From assembly GCA_963835575.1 (NCBI GenBank), contig CAWIGG010000004.1, positions 576,001 through 640,000 of the forward strand: a DNA stretch of 64,000 nt. The letters run 5' to 3'. A program made the translations under genes and the position numbers. Under the pieces are notes generated by a model. The model had not been told where the DNA came from and made no database searches. It saw only the letters and a program-made list of their open reading frames with translations. Shown here piece by piece: positions 9,798 through 19,070 of the stretch; within the stretch, counting starts at the first letter, position 1, and every line of letters begins with the position of its first letter. The DNA comes from an uncultured Spirochaetota bacterium (GTDB taxonomy: Bacteria; Spirochaetota; Brevinematia; Brevinematales; JAOACQ01).

Positions 9798-11531
9798 ATG
9801 TTTCAGGGAGAAACCAGCGCGTTATCAAGCAAAGCGGTGAAGGATTGGTTAATAAAAGAAGAACCCAAACTCATTAAAAAAATATATGATTTTTATTTTA
9901 AAACTGAAGAAGAGCTTTCCTTTGACAGCGCGGAAAATTCAAAGAGGCTTGAGAAAGTATCGGATTATTTATCGCAGAACGCCGCTGTCATTTACTCGGG
10001 TTTGAATCAATACGAAAAACTGCTGCTCTATATCATGAAAAGCGGTTTCGGCTGGATTGTTTATGAAAATATTGAGTCGACTTTAAAAATTATATCAAAG
10101 ATCTTTCATTTTGACTATGATGATCTGTCAAAAGCGATGGAATCGCTCTTTAAAAAATTCCTTATTTTTAAATTTGAAAGGTTGAAAAATTACAGCTTTT
10201 TCTTTTCCCCGCCCGTTTTCCTGAGGAATATCGACAATACCATGAATAAAGAGGAAATTTTCGGGGAAGAAGATTCCCCGCAGTTTTCCAAAGACCTGTT
10301 AAGCCACCAGTACATACCGCTCATAGCGGGATTAATATCCTATGTCGTGACGTATTCCCCCCGGAGTTCTGAAACAAATGAAATTCATAAAATCGACCTG
10401 GCAAAAATGCTTGAGTTTTTTGAGGATTTTTCAGAAAAGGAATATCTGGAGCAGGTGATAAAAAAGCTGACACGCTTCGGTTTCTTCCAGAAGTTCAACA
10501 ACAGGATCATCATCAACAAGTCGCTTTTTGACGCCATTATCAATTTATCCATCAATGAACAGCTCTTTATCATTTTTCTTTATGAATTTATGGATAAATT
10601 TGATTTCAGGAAAAGCGCTTTTATGACGCTTAAAATACTCGCCGTTCAGACATTTACTAAAAAGACCGGGATGCCGCTCCGTGAGCTTTTCTTCCATTAT
10701 CTGAATAATGAGATATATATTTCATTGAAAAATGAGCCGAAGAACCTCAAATTCCTTCTCAAGCAGGAAGAACTGAAATTCATGTATTTTGTCAAAAGCC
10801 TGGAATTGGAAAATATCGCCGTGCTGAAAAGACAGTATCCCGATGTCATTTCGATTGCCACCGATTATATCATTATGAACGAGCCGCATACATCACTCCT
10901 GAATAATATTGATTTTTCACACAAATTCGTGGAAGAGAAATTCATTGTGGAAACCAATTATGAGACGATAGTGGAGCCATATCTCAGACCGGATATTCTC
11001 TTCAGGCTTGCTTTGATTTCCGAGCCGCTGACCATACAGACGATTTCCATGTTCCGGATAACAAAAGAATCCATATACCGCTCTTTTGCTTACGGGATTA
11101 AAAAAGAAGAAATACTCGAATTTCTGAACATGTATTCCAAGCATCCGGTGCCGGCGATCGTCAGCGAGGGCATCAGAAGTTTTGTCGGCAGCCTGACGCC
11201 TGAAAATATGAACACCTATAAAATCATCCAGGTCAGCGCGCATTTCTCTTCATTAATTAAAGATCATTTCAAAAATCAAATCATCGAAGTGGAGCCGCAT
11301 ACATTTCTCGTTTTTGAGGCGGAGCTGTTAAAAAGAATAGAGGCATACTGCAAGAGCCAGCGTATTACCATCCGCTTTATCAATGATTTTTTAAACGAGA
11401 AATACAGCGCGTCTCTCATACAGAACATGTTCTCGCATAATATTAAACATCTCCATACGATGAAGGACTTTTTCGATTATTACGGTAATGAGCCGATGGG
11501 CGTGAATTTAAAGATCGATAACGGCATTTGA
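9798..11531 (+). CDS. XPB-associated helicase-associated-domain protein
   Basis: C-terminal IVETNYE...FRITKESIYRS...EILEFLNMYSKHPVP resembles the XPB N-terminal domain; cotranscribed with XPB. Confidence 0.7.
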   Translation: MFQGETSALSSKAVKDWLIKEEPKLIKKIYDFYFKTEEELSFDSAENSKRLEKVSDYLSQNAAVIYSGLNQYEKLLLYIMKSGFGWIVYENIESTLKIISKIFHFDYDDLSKAMESLFKKFLIFKFERLKNYSFFFSPPVFLRNIDNTMNKEEIFGEEDSPQFSKDLLSHQYIPLIAGLISYVVTYSPRSSETNEIHKIDLAKMLEFFEDFSEKEYLEQVIKKLTRFGFFQKFNNRIIINKSLFDAIINLSINEQLFIIFLYEFMDKFDFRKSAFMTLKILAVQTFTKKTGMPLRELFFHYLNNEIYISLKNEPKNLKFLLKQEELKFMYFVKSLELENIAVLKRQYPDVISIATDYIIMNEPHTSLLNNIDFSHKFVEEKFIVETNYETIVEPYLRPDILFRLALISEPLTIQTISMFRITKESIYRSFAYGIKKEEILEFLNMYSKHPVPAIVSEGIRSFVGSLTPENMNTYKIIQVSAHFSSLIKDHFKNQIIEVEPHTFLVFEAELLKRIEAYCKSQRITIRFINDFLNEKYSASLIQNMFSHNIKHLHTMKDFFDYYGNEPMGVNLKIDNGI

Positions 11532-11735
11532 CCGGAACCGGGTTGTGCTGTAATTATATTGTTCGTTTTTTATAAACCGGCTTGATTTTTTAATTTGTAA
11601 TTTATACCCCGGAGAGGGTATCAAAAAATCTTACTTTGATATAAATTCGGTAAAAATTTGTTATTTGCTTTTTATTTCATTATAATACTTTGTGGAATTG
11701 AGACTGGGGCTTTTTCCCTGAGAAGGAGGAAAAAT

Positions 11736-12203
11736 ATGAGATTGTCTGAGTTATTAAAACAGGAATATGTAAAAATAGGATTGAATGGAAAGATAAAAGA
11801 CGAGCTCCTGCAGGAAATTGCGGGATTTATTTCACAGGCCCATCCGGCCATAGAGAAGAAAGACGCCTATAAAGCGATTTCCGAGAGGGAAAAGAAGGGT
11901 TCTACAGGCCTGGGCAACGGGCTTGCGATTCCGCATGGAAGAAGCGCCAAAGTCGACGGCATGCATCTTGTTGTTATTTACGACGCGGATGGAAAGGATT
12001 TTGAGGCATATGATAAAAAACCGTCGCATCTCTTTTTTGCGGCAGTCACTTCAGAGGACTACAGTCCCCATGAACAGCTTGAAATCCTGCGTATTATCGC
12101 TGAAATTTATGAAAAAACAGATATCGGAACCGCCATTTCCAAAGTTAAAAACACAATGGATGTTTATAACCTCCTTATGAAAAAGGAAGATGAGATATCC
12201 TGA
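11736..12203 (+). CDS. PTS EIIA (fructose/nitrogen-type) protein
   Basis: EREKKGSTGLGNGLAIPHGR; AGGAGG RBS before ATG 11736. Confidence 0.9.
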   Translation: MRLSELLKQEYVKIGLNGKIKDELLQEIAGFISQAHPAIEKKDAYKAISEREKKGSTGLGNGLAIPHGRSAKVDGMHLVVIYDADGKDFEAYDKKPSHLFFAAVTSEDYSPHEQLEILRIIAEIYEKTDIGTAISKVKNTMDVYNLLMKKEDEIS

Positions 12204-12215
12204 GGGGCTTAAATA

Positions 12216-12926
12216 ATGCCTCAGAAAAGAAGAAGAAAAAGAAGTAAATTCGCGCCGCTGGTCTGGATCCTGACTGCGGCTGTAATAGCTTTTTTTGTCG
12301 CCTTTTCCAATACGTATAAATCAATCCCTTTCTTTCAAAAAAGTCCTCAAACAAACGCTCAGGCGCCGGTTTTTAATTTAACCAATCTTCTGCCCGGGAT
12401 AACGCCGGTCCAGAATGTTTCTTCAAGTATATCCTCTCAAGGCGAATCTTCGAAGATAAGCATTATTGCTCCCACAAATATCGTGACAAATACGGGTCAG
12501 CCAGTTGTCAGGGTAAAAATATACCTGGCCAAGCAGGGGGCTTCCGATATCAGCCTGGTGGAAAAAATAGTGGAAATACCGAGGACTCAGGCCCTTTTAA
12601 AAGATACGCTCCAGACATTGATCGGTTATAATGATGAAAAGCTTCTTAACCTTGTTCCCATTCATACTAAAATCAGAAAGATCTGGATCAAAGACGGGAT
12701 CGCCCATATTGATTTGAGCGATGAATTTTCATACAATTCGAACGGCCCTGTCGGCTATAAAGTGCAGGTTTATCAGATAGTCTATACCGCGGCGCAGTTC
12801 GCGTCCGTCAAGGCTGTGACATTTTATATCGAAGGTAAACTCGCTCAATATCTGGGAGGGGACGGATATCCTCTGAACAATCCTATTTATCCCTATTCTT
12901 ATCTGCCTAAATTCCCTCTGCAGTAG
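12216..12926 (+). CDS. GerMN domain membrane-anchored protein
   Basis: N-terminal TM helix; IAHIDLSDEF...QIVYTAAQFASVKAVTFYIEG. Confidence 0.85.
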   Translation: MPQKRRRKRSKFAPLVWILTAAVIAFFVAFSNTYKSIPFFQKSPQTNAQAPVFNLTNLLPGITPVQNVSSSISSQGESSKISIIAPTNIVTNTGQPVVRVKIYLAKQGASDISLVEKIVEIPRTQALLKDTLQTLIGYNDEKLLNLVPIHTKIRKIWIKDGIAHIDLSDEFSYNSNGPVGYKVQVYQIVYTAAQFASVKAVTFYIEGKLAQYLGGDGYPLNNPIYPYSYLPKFPLQ

Positions 12927-12957
12927 AGACAATGCACTGCATTGTCTCTACTGCAGA
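12917..12957. repeat. GTAG-type REP-like palindrome between convergent genes
   Basis: tctgcagtagagacaatgca-c-tgcattgtctctactgcaga with perfect 20-bp arms; a degenerate relative lies at 50510-50532. Confidence 0.75.
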
Positions 12958-12995
12958 TTACCATCCCACCATTCTGTAATTTGAGGGTTCTAAGT

Positions 12996-14420
12996 TTATT
13001 TTCCTGTTTTTATTGTCAGCACGCTGGTTTTTACTGCTCTTTCATTATAAATACCTGGCAGTTGTTTCCTGACCATCGCGGCAAGCTCATCTTCAGAAAT
13101 AGCTGTTATGCGGCCTTCCTCATACTCTTTCTGGACCCAGGAATATATCTCCTTAACGGAAGCGTTGTCCTTATGGATTTCTTTTGACTTGTCCAGATTA
13201 AAATAGACATTAATCCACGCGCATATCCCGGCGGTCCCGGATTTATCCGTAATGATGACTTCCGGCTGTCTGTCCAGTATTTTTTTTGTATCGAAAATAT
13301 TATAGATTTCCTCGTCTTTTAAAAGCCCCCCCGCTCTTGTCGTGTTAAAATCCTTGCCGACAAACGGCATATTGCCGGGGATCAGCGTATTTGTATAAGT
13401 TTCCAGGAAATTGCGGATTTTGGTTATGACGTTTAAGTCCATGCCGTTTGTTGATCCGAAAAGCTGTGCATATTCAACTGCCATGCCTTCAAGCGGAGTA
13501 TTGCCCGTTCTTTCCCCGAAACCGAGGATGGTGGTATTGACCGCGCAGCAGCCGTAAAGCCAGGCCGTCGACGCGTTGACCAGCGCTTTGTAAAAATCAT
13601 TATGGCCGTGCCATTCCAGCTGTTCGGACGGCACGCCTCCGTATTCCTTCAGGCCGTAAATGATCCCCTGTACCGAACGGGGCAGGGATGAGCCCGGATA
13701 TGTAACGCCGAGGCCCAGCGTATCGCAGGCGCGGATCTTTATGGGGACTTTCGCTTCCGCGGCCAGCTTCATCAGCTCCGCGGCAAAGGGCACGACAAAG
13801 CCGTAAAAATCTGCGCGGGTAATGTCCTCAAAATGGCACCTTGGGGTGACGCCGGCCGCCAGCGCGTCTTTCACGATGCCCAGGTACTGGTCAAGGACCT
13901 TTCCGCGGGAGAGCTTCATCTTTTTAAAAATATGATAATCGGAAACGGAAGTGAGGATCCCTGTTTCCTTCATGCCTATTTTTTTAACCAGTTCAAAATC
14001 TGATTTATTCGCCCGGACCCAGGAAGTGATTTCCGGGTATTTATAGTCAAGCGCCATGCATTTTTCCATGGCTTCCCGGTCCCTTTTGCTGTATATGAAA
14101 AACTCGGTCTGGCGGATCATGCCCTTTTTCCCGCCCAGCTGTTTGAGAAATTTAAAGATCTGCACAATATGCCCGGTTTCATAAGGCGGGTGCGCCTGCT
14201 GGCCGTCGCGGAATGAAGTGTCGGTTATCCAGACTTCCGGAGGCGTCTGCATCGGGACAAAACGCTCGTTGAAAGGTATTTTAGGTATTTCAGTATAGGG
14301 AAAAATATTACGGTAATACTGGCCTTCATCTGTATCGACAAGATGGTAAGTGTCCGGAACGGCGCGCAGTCTGCCGGTCCTGTCCGATTTAAAAAGCGGT
14401 TTATCTAAATCGAATTCCAT
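12996..14420 (-). CDS. DRE-TIM metallolyase, Re-citrate synthase-like (LeuA family)
   Basis: YRNIFPYTEIPKI...ITDTSFRDGQQ, RCHFEDITRAD, EWHGHND and GERTGN motifs. Confidence 0.8.
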   Translation of the reverse strand: MEFDLDKPLFKSDRTGRLRAVPDTYHLVDTDEGQYYRNIFPYTEIPKIPFNERFVPMQTPPEVWITDTSFRDGQQAHPPYETGHIVQIFKFLKQLGGKKGMIRQTEFFIYSKRDREAMEKCMALDYKYPEITSWVRANKSDFELVKKIGMKETGILTSVSDYHIFKKMKLSRGKVLDQYLGIVKDALAAGVTPRCHFEDITRADFYGFVVPFAAELMKLAAEAKVPIKIRACDTLGLGVTYPGSSLPRSVQGIIYGLKEYGGVPSEQLEWHGHNDFYKALVNASTAWLYGCCAVNTTILGFGERTGNTPLEGMAVEYAQLFGSTNGMDLNVITKIRNFLETYTNTLIPGNMPFVGKDFNTTRAGGLLKDEEIYNIFDTKKILDRQPEVIITDKSGTAGICAWINVYFNLDKSKEIHKDNASVKEIYSWVQKEYEEGRITAISEDELAAMVRKQLPGIYNERAVKTSVLTIKTGK

Positions 14421-14489
14421 AATATGCCCCCGCATGGATTTATTAAAAAACCGGCAATTATTATAAAGTATGAAATAAAAAAAAACAAT

Positions 14490-14551
14490 GCCTCACCCCC
14501 GTCCCCGTCCCCTCTCCAAATTTGGAGAGGGGACGGGGACGGGGGTGAGGC
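14490..14551. repeat. Perfect 62-bp GC-rich palindrome (REP-like)
   Basis: gcctcacccccgtccccgtcccctctccaaa followed directly by its exact reverse complement. Confidence 0.85.
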
Positions 14552-14616
14552 GGGGTGAAGTATTTTGCCAAAATCACTGCTTCGGTTTAAAATATAAGCT
14601 TGTATAAGGAGCACAA

Positions 14617-15294
14617 ATGAAAGCATTACTCTTTGACATTGACGGGACTCTTTTAAATTCCCATGGCCTCGGACGCAAGGCGTTTGAGTCGGCTATAGAA
14701 GAAGCTCTGGGAATTCCTGCCGATCTGAGCGGAATAGATTGGTTTGGACGGACGGACCATGATATCCTCTCAAAATTTTTTGAGTTAAAGGGGATAAAAG
14801 ATAATCGGGCTGAAAAGATGCGGACGGTTTTCAGTATTTTTATCAAGCGCTTTGAAGATTTTGCCGGACAAAACCCTGCCGGTTTCACGCTTCTGCCCGG
14901 AGTAAAATCCCTGCTGGAATCCTTGAAAGGAAGTTGTCTGGGCCTTGTGACCGGAAATGTCATGGAAGCGGCCTATGTCAAGCTGAAGATGGCCGGCATA
15001 GCGGATTATTTTCCTTACGGCGTCGGCGGCTTCGGCAATGAGGCCGGGGACAGGTGTAGTTTATTACCTATCGCTGTTGACAGGATGAAAGGATATTATA
15101 AAGTTGGGAAATTTGATAAAGTTTACATCATCGGCGATTCGCCGCGGGATATAGAATGCGCCCATGCGAACGGGGCGCTGTGCCTTGCCGTTGCCACGGG
15201 AAAAATGAAGCCCGCCGAACTCGGTTCGTACCGGCCTGATTTTTTATTTGAGAATTTCAATGACATTCAGGCTGTTTCGGCCGTTCTGAAATAA
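14617..15294 (+). CDS. HAD-superfamily hydrolase
   Basis: FDIDGTL, VTGN and IGDSPRDI motifs. Confidence 0.9.
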   Translation: MKALLFDIDGTLLNSHGLGRKAFESAIEEALGIPADLSGIDWFGRTDHDILSKFFELKGIKDNRAEKMRTVFSIFIKRFEDFAGQNPAGFTLLPGVKSLLESLKGSCLGLVTGNVMEAAYVKLKMAGIADYFPYGVGGFGNEAGDRCSLLPIAVDRMKGYYKVGKFDKVYIIGDSPRDIECAHANGALCLAVATGKMKPAELGSYRPDFLFENFNDIQAVSAVLK

Positions 15295-15322
15295 GCCCGT
15301 CCCCTTCAGGGGACGGGCTATT
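15294..15322. terminator. Intrinsic terminator-like hairpin between convergent genes
   Basis: agcccgtcccc-ttca-ggggacgggct. Confidence 0.65.
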
Positions 15323-15362
15323 TAAAAGCCTTTAAATGAATGACACAGTTTTTGAACTGTTT

Positions 15363-15833
15363 TTATTCCTTGACCTGCGTTGTCAGGAAAACAGGAAGGC
15401 CCATATGCCCGATCTGGTCCTGCAGGTTTTCAATATCGTCTATATGCCGGTCCTCATCCTTGAGGATCATTTCGAGGATTTCGCGCGTGGCGAAGTCCTT
15501 CACGTCCCCGGCGAGTTTAATCGCGTCATTATAAGATTTGATCGCGCCGTCTTCCAGCGAATGGTCGTTTTCAAGCTGTTTGGGTATTTCGGCCCCTATA
15601 GTGATCTTCCCATAATTTGAAACAACCGGAATGCCTTCCAGAAAGATAATCCTTCCTATGAGTTTCTCCGCATGCTTCATTTCATCGATCGCGCGTTTTT
15701 CAAAATGCTCATGAAGCTTCGCGTATCCCCAGTTTTCAGCGATTTCCGCGTGCACAATATACTGGTTGATGGCGGTCAATTCGTCCGACAGCAGTGAATT
15801 TAGGGTTTCGATTAATTCCTTGTTTCCTTTCAT
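15363..15833 (-). CDS. bfr: Bacterioferritin
   Basis: MKG...ELTAINQY, DEMKHAEKLIGRI and EDRHID ferroxidase pattern. Confidence 0.93.
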   Translation of the reverse strand: MKGNKELIETLNSLLSDELTAINQYIVHAEIAENWGYAKLHEHFEKRAIDEMKHAEKLIGRIIFLEGIPVVSNYGKITIGAEIPKQLENDHSLEDGAIKSYNDAIKLAGDVKDFATREILEMILKDEDRHIDDIENLQDQIGHMGLPVFLTTQVKE

Positions 15834-15927
15834 GATTTATTCCTCCTATATAATTATAAATAAATATTATAGAAACTCATTGTGTAAAAAGGCCGGTTTT
15901 TTTAAACCGGACCGGTCAAAGTCCGGA

Positions 15928-16341
15928 TTATCTCCATACCGCCAATATTATTCCGATAACCAGCGCTCCGACCGCCTGATATCCCCCTTCGATAAGGAAC
16001 AGGACCGGCTTATTCTTGAAAAACAATGTGCCGGAGTTGATGGGAAAAACGAATAATATTATTGTCAACAGCGCTGTTTTAACGCCGATCCAGATCCCGG
16101 GTTTACCGGTCAGCTGTATTATAACAGCGATGCCGATAGCGAATAAAATGGCTGATACAAACTGGCCGATCATCGGCAGGACCGCCGGGTTCTGCGGTTT
16201 TTTGCCGTCCATTTTTAAGCCTATTTCCCTGCCCCAGGCGGTCCCGAATAGAGACCGGCTGTACCAGAAAGCGCCGATCGCAAAATATACGATGGAGGAG
16301 ACGATCACCGCCAGGTAATTGAGATTTAAAAAGGTTGTCAT
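15928..16341 (-). CDS. DUF1761-like four-TM membrane protein
   Basis: NYLAVIV...IGAFWYS..LFGTAW; GGAGG RBS before ATG 16341. Confidence 0.75.
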   Translation of the reverse strand: MTTFLNLNYLAVIVSSIVYFAIGAFWYSRSLFGTAWGREIGLKMDGKKPQNPAVLPMIGQFVSAILFAIGIAVIIQLTGKPGIWIGVKTALLTIILFVFPINSGTLFFKNKPVLFLIEGGYQAVGALVIGIILAVWR

Positions 16342-16540
16342 AAAACCTCCAATATTTATTAATATCTTCAATAGAATATATTGAATGCCGGCGGTATCGG
16401 CAAGTCTATTTCAACTATTATTCATTAAACCGGAAGTTTATTAATAAAACTCAAATTTATTCGGGCGGGAATTTCTTTCGGATGTTTCGGCGGAAACTTT
16501 CCCGTGTGATAACCTGGAGGCTTTGCACAAATTAATGCTG

Positions 16541-16610
16541 TAAAATCCCGGCCTTGACATTTCAATACCGCTTTATTAAAATGATGAATGGAAGTTCGGA
16601 TATTATGCGA
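16541..16610 (+). promoter_or_regulatory. Diverged copy of the recurring promoter module
   Basis: TTGACA(16554)-N17-TAAAAT; the ccggYcttgaca...gctttattaaRatga pattern is shared with 23116-23153. Confidence 0.55.
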
Positions 16611-16657
16611 CGCGTCGATGAAACATTTAAAATTACAGTTTGCCTAAAGGATATAAC

Positions 16658-17413
16658 ATGAATAAATCTTACAAATCATTAGCCGGATATTATGACTTAA
16701 TTTTCCAGCAAAAAAATTATGAAAAAGAAGCAGACTTTATTTATCAGATTAAATCCAGGTATAAACAAGACGCGGCAAAAATACTCGATGTGGGGTGCGG
16801 GACAGGCGAACATTTAAATTTACTAAAGGATAAATTTGAAATACTCCAGGGTGTCGATTTAAATAAAGAAATTATAAAAGCCGCAAAGAAAAAATCCTCA
16901 AAAATAAAATATGCCGTTGCCGGGATGGCAGATTTTAAATTCAATCAAAAGTTTGATATTATCACATGCCTTTATTCGGTATTTAATTATAATTTAACTC
17001 TTGAAGAGGCTGATAGAACTATAAAGAATTTTAAGGAACATTTGGCTGCAGGCGGCATTTTAATAATTGCCTTATATAAACCAATGAATACTAAAAAAGA
17101 GATTAGTATCCATACCGGCAAAAAAAACAATATAGAAGTTGCCAAGATCAATCAATTTTCTATAGATAATGAAACAAATATAGAAACTTCTGATTTTATA
17201 GTTCTGATAAAGAAAAATGGTAAAGTGGATTTTTCAATAGAAAACGGTCATAAAATGAAAATATTTCAATTAGAGGAATTTTCAGAACTTTTAAGAACGA
17301 ATAAATTTGAAGATATATCTGTTTATGACAATTTTACAGATACTTATGCTGTAAGTGAATCAAAGTATCCGGTTTTTGTAGCGCGAAAAAGTTTGCATCA
17401 GCGCACGGCATAG
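16658..17413 (+). CDS. Class I SAM-dependent methyltransferase
   Basis: ILDVGCGTG and FDIITCL motifs; AT-rich. Confidence 0.9.
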   Translation: MNKSYKSLAGYYDLIFQQKNYEKEADFIYQIKSRYKQDAAKILDVGCGTGEHLNLLKDKFEILQGVDLNKEIIKAAKKKSSKIKYAVAGMADFKFNQKFDIITCLYSVFNYNLTLEEADRTIKNFKEHLAAGGILIIALYKPMNTKKEISIHTGKKNNIEVAKINQFSIDNETNIETSDFIVLIKKNGKVDFSIENGHKMKIFQLEEFSELLRTNKFEDISVYDNFTDTYAVSESKYPVFVARKSLHQRTA

Positions 17414-17459
17414 CAAAGCTCTAAGCCTCGCGGATTTCGTAAAGTCCGGACGTTATGCG
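17408..17459 (+). other. Degenerate attC-like site
   Basis: GCATAGC, which contains the gene's stop codon, ... GTTATGC. There is one mismatch to a perfect R''/R' pair and the site is shorter than canonical attC. Confidence 0.4.
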
Positions 17460-17518
17460 GCATACTGCCGAGAGATATTTACAGATTTTCAAAATTACTA
17501 TAAGGGAGAAATAAAAAA

Positions 17519-18705
17519 ATACTGAAATCTTTAAAAAGAGTCAATTATCAGGTTAATAATCTTGATACAGCCAGGAAATGGTATACAAATATGTTAAATA
17601 TGCGGCCGTTTTTTGATATGCCGTATTGTGTTATTTATAAAATCGGCGGCACGTTTTTATCTCTTCTTCCCGGCACACAGGCGCCGGCGGCCGATAGCGA
17701 GAGGTCCGCGATTTACTGGGAGGTTGATAAAATTGAAGAGGCTTATCAGCGTCTGATTGAACTGGGAGCGTCCCCCTATCTGGAAATTAAAACCTTATTT
17801 AATATAAAAATCGCGCAGGTCATTGATCCATTCGGCAATACAATTGGTTTGACCAGCGATGTCAAAGATGCCAAATCGAGTATAAACCGTCGGAAACTGC
17901 TATAAACACCGCTCTCTGCCGCGCATTGGCGTATCATGAAGAGAGATTGGAAATAAAAGTGGCGGACAATCTGGCCGAACTGTTTTTAACTAAAGAACAA
18001 AAGAAGTATTTAAAAGACCGCTTGTCAAGAGAGCGGTTAATAGCGAAGTTATTAGGCCCGCAATTATACGGATTTATTATTGCCCGTACGGCTTTTATCG
18101 ACAATATCTTTGAACAGGCGGTCCGGGACAATATTCCTCAAATAGTATTTTTCGGCGCCGGTTATGATACCAGACCTTACCGTTTCAGCGGCTTGATTAA
18201 ACAGACAAAAATTTATGAGCTGGATGTCCCGGCAACACAAAAGAGCAAAAAGGATATATTAGAGAAATCAAAAGTTATGATCCCGCCCCAGCTTTCTTAT
18301 GTCGAAATAAACTTTGAAAGTGATAAACTTGAAGAAATCCTGTTCCGGAGAGGATATGATAAAAATAAAAAAACACTCTTTATCTGGGAAGGAGTCATTT
18401 ATTATCTGAATAAAACAGCGGTTGAAAGGACATTGGAATTCGTAAAATCAAATTCGGCGGCTGGAAGCGCCATTGTCTTTGATTATATGAAAGAAAAAAT
18501 GATTTCCATGGTTTCCAGCGAACCTGTTTAATTCTGGATTAATGATAGTGAGATAAAAGCTTTCTTGTCAGGACATGGTTTTTTCATTAAAGAGCAGCTA
18601 ACTGCTCCGGAAATTGAAAAAAGGTATCTGACTCAGAACGATGGTTCATTATTGATAAACTTTCTCCCTTATTTCAGCTTTTTATATGCCGCAGTTTCTG
18701 AATAA
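17519..18705 (+). pseudogene. VOC/glyoxalase + LCM-type SAM methyltransferase fusion pseudogene
   Basis: ATA in place of the start after the AGGGAG RBS; frameshift near 17880 (KPSETAINTALCRALA is in the second frame); premature TAA at 18529, with coding-like continuation to TAA 18705. Motifs DPFGNTIGL, GAGYDTR and WEGVIYYL. Confidence 0.8.
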
Positions 18706-19070
18706 TGGCAGTAATTGGCGAAAGAAAAGTCTGTATCAGCGGTTTTATTTGAAAGGCAGCCGCTATCCATTCTGGCATGAATTTGGAAGTTAGAAAGAAT
18801 TTTACTTTTGTTGGCATGTCCAATGGAAAGCAATATGATTTTAAGTCTCTAGACCGGAATTTTTGAGTTGTTGTTTGCGGTGAAGGGGGATAATGGACGG
18901 TGGTTATAAACCATTGCCTTTTTTGTTGGGGGGAAAGAAGGTCATTCTGAGGAATTTTAATTAGACGAAGTGATTATGAATGCTTATATTAGAAATAGCA
19001 TATAATCTGTTAGGGAACAACATTATTCATGCCCATGTGAAAAAACATCACAATCAGGAGGAATAATTAT

